Shown here: positions 15,331-30,892 of the stretch, one piece after another
How the letters are laid out: each line of letters opens with the position of its first letter
Position numbering within the stretch: the stretch's first letter is position 1
Assembly (NCBI RefSeq): GCF_009914755.1
Contig: NC_060936.1
Direction: 5' to 3' (one strand)
DNA: 64,000 bases
Source of the DNA: the human T2T-CHM13v2.0 reference genome, Homo sapiens
The notes under the pieces: model-generated
What the model was told of the DNA's origin: nothing
Database searches by the model: none
What the model saw: the letters and a program-made list of their open reading frames with translations, nothing else
Position numbers and translations under genes: made by a program

Positions 15331-16236
15331 TGGGACTGACCCCCAGCTCTGGCCACAAGGACAGCGCCCCTCCCACCCCAGCTGCTCTGGCCCCGGCCCT
15401 AGAAGGTGACCTCTCTCCGCATTAATGGCCTCTGGCAGTCTAATTAATGGCAGTCTGGACCTCCCCTGGATCGTGGGGCCCCTCTGAGACGTCCCCGATC
15501 CCCAGCTTAAATTTATCCAGGAGGACCTGTGAGTGGGTGGCTGGGCCGAGGTTCCACTCATGGGCTGATGTCGGCTGGAGGATCCCAGCCCCTTAAGACC
15601 TCAGTAAGTTTGAAGGGCCCTCCCATTACACAGCCTGGAAGGCCAATGCCCGCCCCCCGCCTAGGTTTCCGCCTGGCGGCAGAGGTCATTGGAACATGGT
15701 CACCCAGCTCCTGCCCCTGCCCACGCTAACGGTTCGGTGCACAGGTCTTCTCTCAAACCTGCTAGGCTCCACCCGTCCTGTGCCTGTGGTTCCACTAAAG
15801 CCAAATGAACCGCAACCTCCCTGCCTGGGGGCAATTCTGTGTGGACTGAGTCAGACAGAGCTTCTGCAGGAAAGACTGATGTGGCCCAGCCAGAACCCTG
15901 CTGAAAATCGCCGGGCAGCAAGGACTTCCCAAGCTGTCCTGTGGTTACTTAATTTTGAGCAGGTGGAGTAGGGGGAATGGCCCTCAAGGCTGGCACTCTG
16001 CCAAGGAGACCATACTGGCTTGTGTGAAATGGGTGGAACACAGTTTAAGACAAATAACCCAAGGCATTAGTGTATGCTCCAGTTGTGGGATGGAGGGGTC
16101 TGGAGGTGTTTCATGGAAAAAGGTGGCATCTGGGTTTAAACTACCATTTATTGAAGGCTTGCTGTATGCAGTATCTCATGTAATCCTCTCAGTAATCCTG
16201 AAAAGCAGACTCCATAATTTCTCCAATTTTATAATA

Positions 16237-16845
<609 letters not shown>

Positions 16846-17527
16846 GTAATGAAACCGAGGCCAAGAAAGATGAAATAACTTTCCTAAAACCACACAACTG
16901 AACCCATTCTTCCATTTGGCCTGCTAACATATAGTATGTAGGATTTAGGTGGGTGACAGGGAAGAAAGTAGCCAATAAGTAATCCTTAACAGTTAATGGT
17001 TAATGTTTTACAAATCACTGATAAAATGAGACAATAAAATGTTTAAAACAGATATGATATCAAATACACGGGCTCTGGTACTTTAAACTTACTTTATGGT
17101 TTTAGTTTTATGCCAAATTATATATTTTTTAATTCATGTTTCATAAAAAGGGTTGGTGATAGCAATTGTAAATTTTGTTCACATGGAAAATTAATTCATA
17201 AATTCAAAATAGATAAACTACAGCAATGCAAAAATAATACAATTAGAATTTTAATAACATTGCTTCTGTATACTTTTGGATATGGAACACTATGAGATCA
17301 ACATAGAAACATGGAACACTATGAGATCAACCTACCATAGAAATGTGAATCACCTAAAAATTGTTCTCCTTAAGTAAAATGAGCTACAGTGTTTAAGTGC
17401 CTAAATAATCATATTTCTAGACCTTGATTATTATCTTTCCTGTGTACTTCAGAACAAAATATCCAATAAAAGAGTTCTAATTAAAGACAAGTGGAAAAAA
17501 CAGATGTCAAAAAGCCCATGATACATT

Positions 17528-17540
17528 TTTATTCTTTATT
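17528..17540 (-). terminator. Two AATAAA polyadenylation hexamers overlapping the last codons and stop of TTC41P
   Basis: Plus-strand TTTATT at 17528-17533 and 17535-17540; a T-rich minus-strand tract lies downstream. Confidence 0.6.
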
Positions 17541-18192
17541 AATATCATTTGAGGTCTTCAACAGTTTTGTTTCAATGTGAAGTCTTCTCTGCAAAAAAGA
17601 CTTCTGAGATATTGAAATATAATCTGGGCTATGAAAAAGCCACTTTTCTGATATGAACTCAGATTCCCCAGGGTTTTTTGTGCTAACAGGCCATGGCAGG
17701 GGATGGTGGTAAATGGTGGTGATTTCGCCTTCTCCACTCTCACTTTTAGCTAACAAAATTCTTTGCCTTGAAAGCTTTATTAAACCATTCATTTTACCCA
17801 AAGATAAAATGTTAGAGGAATAGTCTGTCTTTTTCTTTGAGGCTTCCTTTCCTGAGCCATTCCATATTTCAGCATTATTTTGTGTCTTCCGTTGTATCTT
17901 TTCCTCGGCAGATATGCAAATAATGGGTTTCTTTTTCCCTTTTCCAGGAGCACATTTTGATTTATCTGAAATTGTCTGAGGTGCCAAGTCCATTCTTCTA
18001 GCCCTGTGTAATTTATCTGCATTCATGCACATTGCAGAGCTCACTGTATTAGAACTCTGAGCACTGTGGTAGTTTAATTTAACCAAGTGCTCCCATAATG
18101 AGAAGCCATTCCTAGAACCCTCAGAATGTTGCTGGCTCATACCTTGAGGCCAATATCTCCGGCTCCGGATCCACTCAATTTCTCTCAGAAGG
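17529..18192 (-). pseudogene. TTC41P: TTC41P terminal exon J, coding part (664 nt): LLREIEWIRSRRYWPQG...KTSNDINKE*
   Basis: Acceptor ttttgatcttttgcag|C, about 220 open codons in AT-rich non-repeat DNA, stop TAA at 17529-17531. Confidence 0.85.
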
Positions 18193-18283
18193 CTGCAAAA
18201 GATCAAAAGTTGTCAAGAGGTCATATATATAGCATGAATAACCAGAAGCATATTTCTGTTTGGAACATGAAACAGAAACTCAC

Positions 18284-18422
18284 TGCAGGATTCCATGGAT
18301 TCCATGGATTGATGAATGAGAAGATCCCAGGTGGATCACCCTTAAATCAACTGATCTGTATAAATAGCCTACTGCCTCAATCATGACGTGATGACAAGAG
18401 TCACTTGCCAATAAATGACCTG
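18284..18422 (-). pseudogene. TTC41P: TTC41P exon I (139 nt, phase 1-2): GHLLASDSCHHVMIEAVGYLYRSVDLRVIHLGSSHSSIHGIHGIL
   Basis: NAGNAG acceptor tag|CAG|, donor CA|GTGAGT, followed by a 91-nt intron. The R-x-x-x-LG-x-x-H motif is typical of KLC-type TPRs. Confidence 0.85.
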
Positions 18423-18499
18423 CTAGATATTTGAAAATAAGATTATTAGACTTTTTATTATTCCTGGCTTCACACATTTAAAAGAGAAGGATAAGAAAC

Positions 18500-19928
<1,429 letters not shown>

Positions 19929-22900
19929 CTAAAATTTGTTAAAATAAAAACAATCCATTTTACAATCTAACTTGCAGATGGTACTTATTTATTCATTTTA
20001 CCCATTTACAAGACTGCTTTTAAGGGGCTGAACTTATACCATTGATTATAAACATAACGTAAGGCTGCTGTGTGTAAGGCACTGCTTAGAAATGTGATAA
20101 AGAGACTGCTGCCTGTGTAAAGGCTAAAAACACTGACAGATGACCCAGTCAGTGTTCCTGTGTTAACAACAATAACAGCAAATATATATAAATACCATCT
20201 GTCAGGACTGTGTAATCTTATAAGGTATAAATTATCATCACCTGTCCACCTGGTTCAAAAATGAAAATGTATCAAACTGTAAAGTGAAAAGTGTCTTTCC
20301 CTTCTCTGTCTCCATCTGTGCAGTCTTCTAAAATGGAATCACTGACGTTAGTTTCTAATGTGTCCTTCCAGAGAATTTTTAGTGCCTGTTTCATTTTACT
20401 TGTCTTTTAAAGATGAGCATGCTGGATGAGCTTAAGGAACTTGTTCTAGTTCATGGAAGAACAGTCCTGGGTCAGCCTCATCCCCAAGTCCGTGCCCTGC
20501 ACTGCTACACTAGGCTGCCTCTTCCCCATTCTGGACTGTGCTTCTGAATATCAGCCGTGGCTTCTGCTCGCAGAGATGTTCTCTCTCTGTGGCTCTGCTT
20601 CGTGGATCAGACTCTGTATCTCACATTGCCTGAAGCTTTCTCTGGAAATCCTATAGGAAATTTCAGCTGCTGTCTCTGCTTAGCGATCTGTGACTATGTT
20701 TCTTCTTTTTGAACTATTTTCATGACTCCCTGTGATGTTCCCAGGTGCCTCAGTCTAGCTCAGCAGAAGACACTTGTGAATTACCCTGTTCTTGACGACC
20801 AAGTTGCATTGGCCTTAAAAGGAAAAGTGGAGAAAAATAGAAACTGGATGTGTCATGTGGTGGCAAACACAGAACCCATCCTCAGAGATTCTCTGGGCAC
20901 CAATAACCAGATTCACAGGTGTGACTGACTCTCTTCATTCTGCCCAAGTCCCCTGAAGAGCATCTGACTTGCTATGGGATTGAGATTTTCATGCGGACAA
21001 GTTTCTGGTGCCCTTTGCATACACTACTTCATGCCTTTGCTACCCGCCTCTCTCTTGGCCACACACAACTCCTCATGCCCCTTTTCCCTGGTGACCCATT
21101 CTAGACCTGACCTATAGCTTTGACCTCAGAACTTTCTTGGATGCAATCTGACTCAGGCGGCAAGCAAGCCAGGGAAAGGACATTCTTGCCTCATCCCCAC
21201 CCCCAGTTTATTCCATTTTTCTTGGAGCTGGTACCAGTTGGGTCAACCCAGTCAGTTCTCCCAACCCAGGAAAAAGGAAAGACCAGAATGGGTGAATTTA
21301 AATTGGAGAGATGTCACTGAACCTCTTCCCACCTCAAACCTTTGCCCTGGATGGGGAGGGAACCTAACATTTAATTTTGTACTCTATTGGCTGTTCTGTG
21401 TATATTATATCATTAAATCTTCACAATTACCCTATAGGTAGACTATATTATAACCACTTGATTGGTAAGAAAATTGAGACTCAGAGAGTCTCAATTGTCC
21501 ACAAGCCAAGAAGATAGCAGAACTGGGATTCCAACTCAGGTCCCTAGGATCCAGGACCATAACTTCTAGAAGTGAGAAAAGAGAACACTATTCTTCCTGT
21601 TTTGTTGGTTCCAGGGAAGATTTTCCATAAAAATACATCTAGAAAGAAAGCATCAGTTACCTTTTCTATGTTGTACTTCTGGACAGAGCCACACCCATCT
21701 TATTTCCAGTGGAATGTGAATTGGGGGTGGGGATGGGGGGAAGGTCCGAGGAACACTCTTACGAATCTGTTCTCAGATTTTAAGTAGTAAGTTTTCCTAG
21801 TCTCCCCACTTTATTTTCAGTGCTTAACATTAAAAAGATGGTGGAATATTTATTATTTCCTTAGAAAAACAAAACAAGATATTTCATCCAAAGATAGTCC
21901 TCTATCCTATTAAGTACTCTTCTAAAGCACAATTTTTCCTAATTTTTATTCTACTGAAATTAAAATTAAGTCCTGTTCCTCTTGCTTCACATAATATTTG
22001 CTGTCACCTAACAGGTGGATTTTTGCAATGCCAGTCCAGCGTGAGAGATGTTTACTTTTTTCCCAGGCCAACAGCAACAATCCAGGCAGTTGTCTCCAGG
22101 TGACAGTGAAATCTCTCCAGTGTTGACAGAGGTCTCAGGAAGTTTCCCTGAATGAATAACTCAGTGGATGAACCACCCCTGGGAGGGATAGTTCGTTACT
22201 GGGCAGCATCCACTGAGTTATTCTGTGCTGGGAGCGAATGGGATTAAGAAGTGAGGACAATCACAGCCCATAGTCTCTGTCTAGATTCTAGAAGATGGGC
22301 TGCAATTGTAAAGAGGAAGGAAGGCCTGGCACTATCTAAAGGCTCTTTGTTGAACGTTTCTTTTTGTTTGATAATTAGGCTGTGTCTAAAGTTTCCTTGT
22401 CCAAAATCCTTAAGTTTGAGAAACTAAGTGTTTGCTCATTCTTTTTTTTTTAAACTATGAACTTAACCTAGAAGTGTTTGCTTATTCTTTCCATAAATGT
22501 GTGTATCTATAAACAGGTTAGGGAAAAAGCTGTGTATCATTGTCCCAAATAAAGTAAAAGGTTGCAATTGGATGTCTCCATGGGCCCTCAATTTCTGCTC
22601 CAAAGAAAACAGTAAAAGAGGTTAAGGGGTCCTTTCCCCTACCCCACTCCACTGAAACCGTGGCCTAGTCTGGCCCAAAAGGACCTGGTTGCAGATGGCA
22701 AGTAGCGTCCTCTGTTGTCTTCCCCCAGTTCTGCATGAACTCACTGCACCAATTAAAGGAGACGGGCCTGTGCAGGAGCCCCACCTTTAAGCAGAGGGAA
22801 CAGATTGTTCTCTCTTAAACAGGCTTTTGTCTCTACCACCAAAATTGAACATTCCCTGTGATCTCTGTGTTGCTAAACACAGCGGTCCGTACTCAATCTG

Positions 22901-24214
22901 GCAGTCAGTTCTCAACACTCTCCACTCTTGGCTTCATTGATTTGACTGCTTCTTGGCCTGCCTCTGGAGCCATTCTTCATCTTTTACTACAGCCCTTTCC
23001 TCTTCTCACCCCTTAAATACTGGCATTCTTCCAAGTTCTATCTCTGGCCATTGTCTTGTCTTACATTCTTCTTGCTTCTTTCAACCATTCTACTGAGTTG
23101 AGCCAGCAAGTGTACACTAAGGACTCCCAAATGTTTTCTCTGGCTCAGTCTTCAAGCTCTTAAGCACCAGACTCATATGTCCTACTGCCTACTGAATGTC
23201 TCTACTTAGATAGAAAATTCAAACTCAACAGGCCCCAAATTAGCTCACTGTGGCTCCCACCCCACCCTACCAAACTATGCTCCCTCTCTTGCAATGCCAA
23301 CAGCATCATGAACCCAGGTGCACTGACCTATGATATAGTTGTAAACTGGGAAATGCTTTTGGCTTTCTCTCACCTCCCACATCCAATCAAGCACCAAGCC
23401 TGTTGGATTTACCTACTAAGTCTCAAATCTGACACTCTCTCTCTATTTCTACCATCCCCTCTTAGTTTACCAATTCCATCCCCCATTTGGTCACAAGATT
23501 GTTTTATCTTAAACACAAACTTACTCATGCCCCTTAGTGCTGGAAATCCTACAGCAGCTTCCCTGTCAAGCCCTTGAGCCTGGTAAACCTTGCTGATTCC
23601 TTCAGCATCATTCCCCAACTCTCCCCATTCCAGAGTTTCAAACCACCCAAGTTCTCCCTTCCTTGACATTGTTCATGCTGATTCTCCTTACCTAAAATGC
23701 TCCTCATGAACTTCTTCACCAGGCACCTGTCAGAACTCACAGCCCAAGCCACTGTCTCTGGAAAGCCTTCCTTCTTGCCTCGTTTCTGTGCATCCCTGTG
23801 CCCTCTCCAATGTCCGTCACAGTACATAACACATTGGATTGCACTTCTCTTCATGTGCTTGTCACCCCAACAAGACCACAAACTCCTAGAGTTCACAAAC
23901 AGCGGGAAGGGCTTGGGACTGGGGTCAGAGAAATGGATGCCAAGTCTGAGATCTACTTACTAGCTGTGCCTGGTCTTTGTGAGCCTCGATGATTATAATA
24001 TCTAATCCATAGAATTCTCTGATCAAATGTACTGGGGCAGGTCATGTGATGTATCTGCTATTCCCTCAGCTTTAAAATTAGTTCAGTGACCTCTAGAGCC
24101 CTTTCCAGGTTTAAAAGTTTTCTAAGTTTATGAGGCCTACTTGACATTTTTTTTGCACCCAATACGGTTTACAATATATAAACTATTAAAAATGATTAAG
24201 CCTACACAAATAAA

Positions 24215-24870
24215 AAGTAAGCTCTGTTAACACACATAAACTGGTTTTCTGGATTAACCAGGATTCTCCATTTCTTCTATAAAACATACTCCCCAATGTC
24301 CAGGTAACACTAAATGCCTGCAGCTAGCAGGCTTATCTCTACTTTGCTGGCATACTTCTATTCCCAACAGTTGGGTTCTGGTATACCCCAGAGTCAATTG
24401 AGTATGTCAATCTAATTAGGTAATTTAACTGACTGCAATACAGACTAATAAGATATGAGTATGAGATAAAAAGGAGTTGTTTTCTCTGAAAACCAGACTG
24501 AATTCTTGGGAAAGGCTCAATACCCTGAGCTGCTAAGAAAAATAAGTCCAAATTGTGAGTGGACAAGATAACTGCAAAAGATTGAGGGGGAAAAAGGCGG
24601 CAACTTAGAAGGATACTGCACACAGACTGCATCACAATTGTTGTCACCCTTCAGAAACCAAAACTAGAAATGGAGGGTGATGTATTTTGAGAAGATGACA
24701 TCTAATTCCAATCAGAGGACCCATTAAAGAGAGAGAAAGAGAAAGAGAGAGAGATATTTTAATTACACATTTAAAAGTCTGGAGAAAGAATGGATTTATA
24801 TTTAAGTTAAAATGTAAGGTTTGTCTGTATCATTTATCTGACTTGGATTAAGAGACCAACTGCTACAGTT
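24215..24870 (+). mobile_element. Possible ancient Tigger (TcMar) transposase remnant
   Basis: Decayed segments resemble pogo/Tigger N-terminal motifs ('ccaatcagaggacccattaaaga' ~ PISGPILKE). By eye only. Confidence 0.4.
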
Positions 24871-25544
24871 GAAGAGGGTTCTGGCTGAGCTGGGAATTTT
24901 AAAATGAAATAAAGAGAAGGGACTGAGAGGGAATTTAAAAATGAAACAAAGAGAAGGGACTGACTCTCAGAGGGGCTAAGAGTCACCCACTAGACACTAG
25001 AGCCTTTGTTTAATTTCTTCTTTCTAAATTTGACTAAGACGGTTGGCATTTCTTTTAAACAGAATCCCAGGGAGAGAGAAGTAACATAATGTTCATCTAC
25101 CACACTTCATCCAAAACAAACAGTTCAGTACAGAACACTCAGCTTGATATAATGGAACATGAAAAAGCCACATTTCTGTTCTTTTCTCCCACTTATGTGG
25201 TGTCTCAATAGCCAAATGTAAAACACTCATCAAAGGAGAGCAATGAGATTGCTCTGTGTCAGAGGTAGCTTGGAACATTAATCACAAAAATCTTCATTTT
25301 ATAGTTAGGGTTCCCACTAAAATCTCTAGAATTAACAGTCTTATTAGGTTAACATTTGTACTTGAAACTGAATTTGTCACCCTCTCACAAATCTGTCATC
25401 TCAATATGTGCTTACTATAATCTCATATAAAAATGTGATTTTATAATTAAAATCTTAATTATCAAAAATTGCTGGAAGCCCACTATTTTCATACCCCTTG
25501 GAAGATTACACTGTATTATACATGTTGCTCAAATGTAATAATAC

Positions 25545-25745
25545 AGCCTGGTCACATAGCGAGACCTCATTTCTACAAAAAATGTTTTAAAAATAGGCAT
25601 AGTGGCGCATGCCTATAGTCCTAGCTGCTTGGGAGGCTGAGACCAGAGAATTACTTGAGCTTAGAAGTTTGAGATGACAGTGAGCTATGATCACGCCACT
25701 GCACTCCAGAGCCTATGTGACAGAGACTGTCTCAAAAAAAAAAAA
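25545..25745 (+). mobile_element. 5'-truncated AluJ
   Basis: Alu right-arm consensus plus poly-A. Confidence 0.9.
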
Positions 25746-27134
25746 GTAAAATAATAAAAGATCAAGAAAGGTGTCATGACATTCAAGCTAGCAATTTTCA
25801 TTAACCTGAACTCTAAAATGAAATCTGAAAAGTCATCTGAAGATCATTGTTTTCCATAGACAAAAGTACAATTGGGTTGTTTCTTTCAATACTGTTAGCC
25901 TGGAGCAGAGCCATCATTTCTGCTGGATAACCCAAGACAAATTACCCAGAAAGAACCTGCTTATCCACTTCTCAGCCTACCTACAGTGACAGAGCCCCAT
26001 CTACGTACAGCTAGCACTGTTTCTGATGTTTCGAAGATGCAAAGAATACATAATAAGGCCCCTGCCCTCAGGAGTTCACAGTCTGTTTGAGAGGTTAAAA
26101 TATGCATCTCAGAAAGGAAGAGAAAATGAGTGTCACAAACATGTCCTTTGTGCTCTTTCATGGATTCTGGATTCACAAAATGATCTTAGAATACAATATT
26201 AGAAAGCTCTTGTGAAGATTATGCTAGAGGAAAGGCTCTGGGTTCCTCACACTTACCTACTTTGCAAAAATCCTGTACTGGTTTCAGTTGCTCTTATGGT
26301 AACACCCCAGATCTTTGACTGGGCCTGAGAGGGCTGTGACCCAGCCCTCCCAACACCTCTCCAATATCCTCCTTGTGCACCTCCTTCCCCACATTGCTCT
26401 CTGCACTCCGGGCCCTTAAAACTCCTCCCAGCCTCGAAAATTCTGTTCCTACTGCCTGGATGACTCTTCTCCTCCCTCTCTCCCACTACTAGTGAGCCAC
26501 CTCTCATCCTGCAGATCCAATTTCAGCATCACTTCCTGAGATGCATCCCCAACCCACGCCCCTCCATCTGACAGATCAAGGTCACCTGTTAGTACTTGTA
26601 TTTTCCCATGATAGCACTTTCCCCAACTGTAGTTAAGCCATTGTGTATTTAGTTGTCTAACTGCTGTCTCCATGGTAACACTTTCCACAATTGCAGTTAA
26701 ATTGTGTATTTAAGTTGCCTGACAGCCTTCTCCCCCAATGTGAGCTCAGGGAAGGCAGTGTTGGTCTCTGTGGGTCTGGTTCATTGTTATACTCCCAGGA
26801 ACTAACATAGAGATTGTCACTTAATAGGTGCAGTAAATATTATAATTAATAAATGAATGATAAGCATATAAGTAATTAACATTCAAATGCCCTTAATAAT
26901 CAATACTTGCACTTCTAAAGTGGGAGGGTAAATCTGAATTAGCTAAGGCATTTCCTCTATCCTACATTCATTCACTTGGCAAGTGTTTATGAGTACCTGC
27001 TAAGTGCCACCCACTGTTCTAAGAGCATGGTATACAATGGTGGAGAAGACAGATCATGTCTCTTCTTTATAGCAAGAGAGATGAAAAAAAAACCCCTAGT
27101 GAACAGATAAATATATAATTTCAAGTAGTAAAGT

Positions 27135-27356
27135 ACAAGTTGAGTATCCCTTATCCAAAATGCTTGGTACCAGAAGGGTTTCAGATTTCTGATTTTTTTA
27201 GATTTTGTAATATCTGCATCACGCTTACCAGTTGAGCATCCCTAATCCCAGAACTCCAAAATCTGAAAGGCTTCAATGAGCATTTCCTTTTTGCATCATG
27301 TCAGCACTCAAAAAGTTTTAGATTTTGGACTTTTGGATTAAGTATGCTCAACCTGT
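27135..27356. mobile_element. Tigger4/MER46-type MITE
   Basis: Terminal inverted repeats 'caagttgagtatcccttatccaaaa' and 'ttttggattaagtatgctcaacctg'. Confidence 0.8.
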
Positions 27357-28371
27357 GCTACTTACTTTAGTACCTTAGAGGGTGACAAGGGTAAGGGTTA
27401 AATTCCATAAGATGGACAGGGAACTCTTCACTGCACATTTGTGGACAGACTTTAGACAGCCTTGATGAGCTGTAAACAATTTTCAAGAGTTTCCAAAACA
27501 ATTTCCTAAATAGAACAAGCCCATTAGAGGATCACTGGCCCCCAAGCCTTCCTCAGTCTTAAGTCGCCACTTCCCTACAGGAGAGAATTTCCTTCAAATC
27601 AGCACACTGATTCAACTCTCCCACCACTGCCTGTTCTTCTTGTTTATCTCCCACTCCACACACCTCCTCTGTCCCGATGCTTCCTCATAGCCCCTCTTGA
27701 CAGCTCTCAATTGATCCCCTTCACATCTTATGATGTGGGGCCAGGGACAGACTTGGGCCAGAGGCATTGTGACTTGCTGCAGGTCACACAGCTGATTATG
27801 GCCAAGATAAAACCAAAACTCAGTTCAATCCCCTCCAGCCAGGCTATGCTTTAAATCTTTAATGTGCTATATTTTTTATTATAGGTTTATATTGCCACCT
27901 AACAACAAAAAAAATAAGTTGCTTGAAGTTGAAGACAGAAGTTATCTTTTTTGTTTTTGTATCCTGCAGAGCAGTTAGTACAATCCTTTGAGCATGGGCA
28001 ACCTAGTGTCTATTTGTCTCTTTATCTGCTACTGCATCCAGAAGAGACCAAGACAGATTTTTACCAAATTTAGAAGGCATGTTTGGGATGAATTAAAATA
28101 CAAGCCACATGGCATTCATAAAAGTCACATTGGATAATCTAGGGGACCACTTCAAAGTGATGGGTATCTCCCCTGCAGGGCACCCAAGGATCTGCCCCAC
28201 AGTGGAGACAAGCTACAAACAAAGGAAGCAAATATTAATAGTAGTTTCGCATATGAGCCACAATCCAAAGTCACAAAGGCAGATGCAAGCAATCATTTCA
28301 GTTGCCTTCAGGTGGGTGGCTTCATGCTATGAACATCAAGTGGGTGGTTGGGGGTCAGGGGTATAGATTGT

Positions 28372-28673
28372 TTTTCTTTTCTTTTTTTTTGAAACAGGAT
28401 CTCACTCTGTCACTCAGGCTGGCATGCAATGGCAGGATCTTGGCTCACTGCAGCCTTGACCTCCCTAGCTCAAGTTATCCTCCCATCTTAGCCTCCTGAG
28501 TATCTAGGACTACAGGTGCGAGCCACCATGCCCAGCTAATGTTTTGTATTTGTTGTAGGGATGGGGATTTGCCATGTTGCTCAGAGGCCGGTCTCAACTC
28601 CTGGGCTCAAGCAGTTCTCCCACCTAGGCCTCCCAAAGTGCTGGGATTACAGGCGCGAGCCAGCACACCCAGC
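28372..28673 (-). mobile_element. AluJ
   Basis: Reverse Alu consensus. Confidence 0.93.
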
Positions 28674-29861
28674 TGAATTGTTTTTCTTTATAGCGTAAAT
28701 TATTCTCCCAAACCACCCCAGATCAACAATCTAGCTGGGTAAGATAATACCACCATATCATTCTGATATGCATTACAAGGTGTAAAGTACTTAAAGACTT
28801 GCTGAATAAATGCAGCGTAATTATATGTATACCATAGTATGCATAATTATACATGTATATTATATTATACATAGTAAAATATAATCCAACTCCCATGAAA
28901 AATACATAGCTGTTGACCTCAAAGTGAACTGCTTTGAGGACTAATGTTTGGTAACACTTTTTACTGCAGCGGGCCTAAGACATGTTTAAAAATGATTAAT
29001 GGTGAGAAGTCCCAACAATTTGCGGCTCTGGCTTACTTCTTATTTTATGGAGTCCACTCAGGCACATTTCCATTTAGATAGAAAATTTCCATTAAAGGTA
29101 GGAAAACTAAAAATACCTGTTACATGTTGAAGGACAGCTGGTTCAGAGGTCTCCATAAACAGACTACTTTCCCTCCCTCCACTCTTGCCTTTGTGTACCG
29201 AAGATATTGATTTGCTCTCACCATTCACCAATTGAAACCACAGCACACAAATCTCACATTAGCAGTTGGATTAACCATCTACAACGTTCCTGTGGGCCAG
29301 AAGTGGGCCTTATATTAAAGGAATCAACTTCAATCAACAGCAGGAGATAACGGCAAGAAATAGCAGCAAGAGATGACTCCTCACATAAAAATGCTTGGTC
29401 TAACCACCGTGAGTATAGACTGCAAAACTGAAATGTAGACTTATTTAAGAAGTCACAAAAAAAAAAAACAACACTGCAATCGCTACTATTACAGATGCCT
29501 TCATATCTGAAAGTAAATGAATATATTATCCTCCCATCACAGACCAGACACGAAAACTGTTACATAACAGAATATTATATGAAACGATCAGATTAAATAT
29601 ACTAGTTCTTTGTCCATAAACTTTCTCTAAATTTGTATCTGTATTTTCTGTTTGTAAAACTGCTTCAGCGTAGAAATATTTAGTGAAAAAAAAAATGCAC
29701 ATACACATTCCCAAATTTACACATTGAAAATATTCTTTCCTACAGGTATCAGGCATTTAAAGCTTTTTTCCTCCTCAGCAAGTGACTACCCTGAAAGCAA
29801 TCATGTTTTCTTGTAAAACAGATGATAAGCACACAAGCTGGGAAAAGCAGCTGGTTTAGGT

Positions 29862-30100
29862 CAGGGTTTCTCAACCTCAGCACTACTGAGGGTGGATATT
29901 TGAGGGTGGATAATTTTTTGTTGTGAGGGGCTTTCCTGGGCATTGTAAAATGTTCAGCCACATCCCAGGCCTCCACCCACTAAATAACAGTAGCACTCCC
30001 ATCTCCTAACCTCCCTCCCAGCTCCAGTCACGACAATCAGGAATTTCTCCAGACTTTCGTCCTGGGGGGCAAAATCACCCCGGTTGAAAATTACTTGTTT
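29862..30100. mobile_element. MER20
   Basis: 'cagggtttctcaacctcagcactactga...ggggggcaaaatcaccccggttgaaaa'. Confidence 0.8.
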
Positions 30101-30154
30101 TGGTTGAAGAACAGATAATGCCCTGTGGCAATGAGACGACAGGACCCCTGATAG

Positions 30155-30478
30155 TGTTTTGTTTTGTTTTGTTTTGTTTTGTTTTGTTTTGTTTTGTTTG
30201 AGATGGAGTCTCACTCTGTTGCCCAGGATGGAGTGCAGTGGCGCAATCTCACCTCACCACAACCTCCACCTCCTGGTTCAAGCAATTCTCCCGCCTCAGC
30301 CTCCTGAGTAGCTGGGACTATAGCCGTGTGCCACCATGCCTGGCTAATTTTTGTATTTTTAGTAGAAACAGGGTTTCACCATGTTGGCCAGGCTGGTCTC
30401 AAACTCCTGGCCTCAAGTGACCTTGCCTTGGCCTCCCAAAGTGCTGGGATTATAGGCATGAGCCACTGCGCACAGCCG
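30155..30478 (-). mobile_element. Alu with a (TTTTG)n microsatellite tail
   Basis: Reverse Alu consensus. Confidence 0.95.
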
Positions 30479-30892
30479 AGACTTATGTCTTACAGCTAAA
30501 ATCAAGGGTGGGCCCTTGTGAAAAGCCATCTCGTTATTTCTGGTCACATGTTACTTTAGCATCACAGATGAAAAGGTATGGAAAGCTATTCATATACAGT
30601 AGAAACAATGTCTTAGGACAGAAGTGGAAGAAAGGTGGGAACCTACACTGACGGGGGAGGAGTGTGGTCAAGCAAGGAGCTCAGCCTACAAAAGAATGAA
30701 AAATGGGATGGAAACGATTTTAAGAGATACCTTTCCTACTAGGAGAACATAAGTAGGTAGCAAAAATAGTTTAAAGTCTGTGAAACAGGAGTTGCTTGGT
30801 TCAAAAATGGAGACTTTTTAAAAATAAGCGAAGTATGAGGTGAATCAAAGGGAAAAGTCACCTGCATATAACAAATAGAAGGGCGTGATTAC

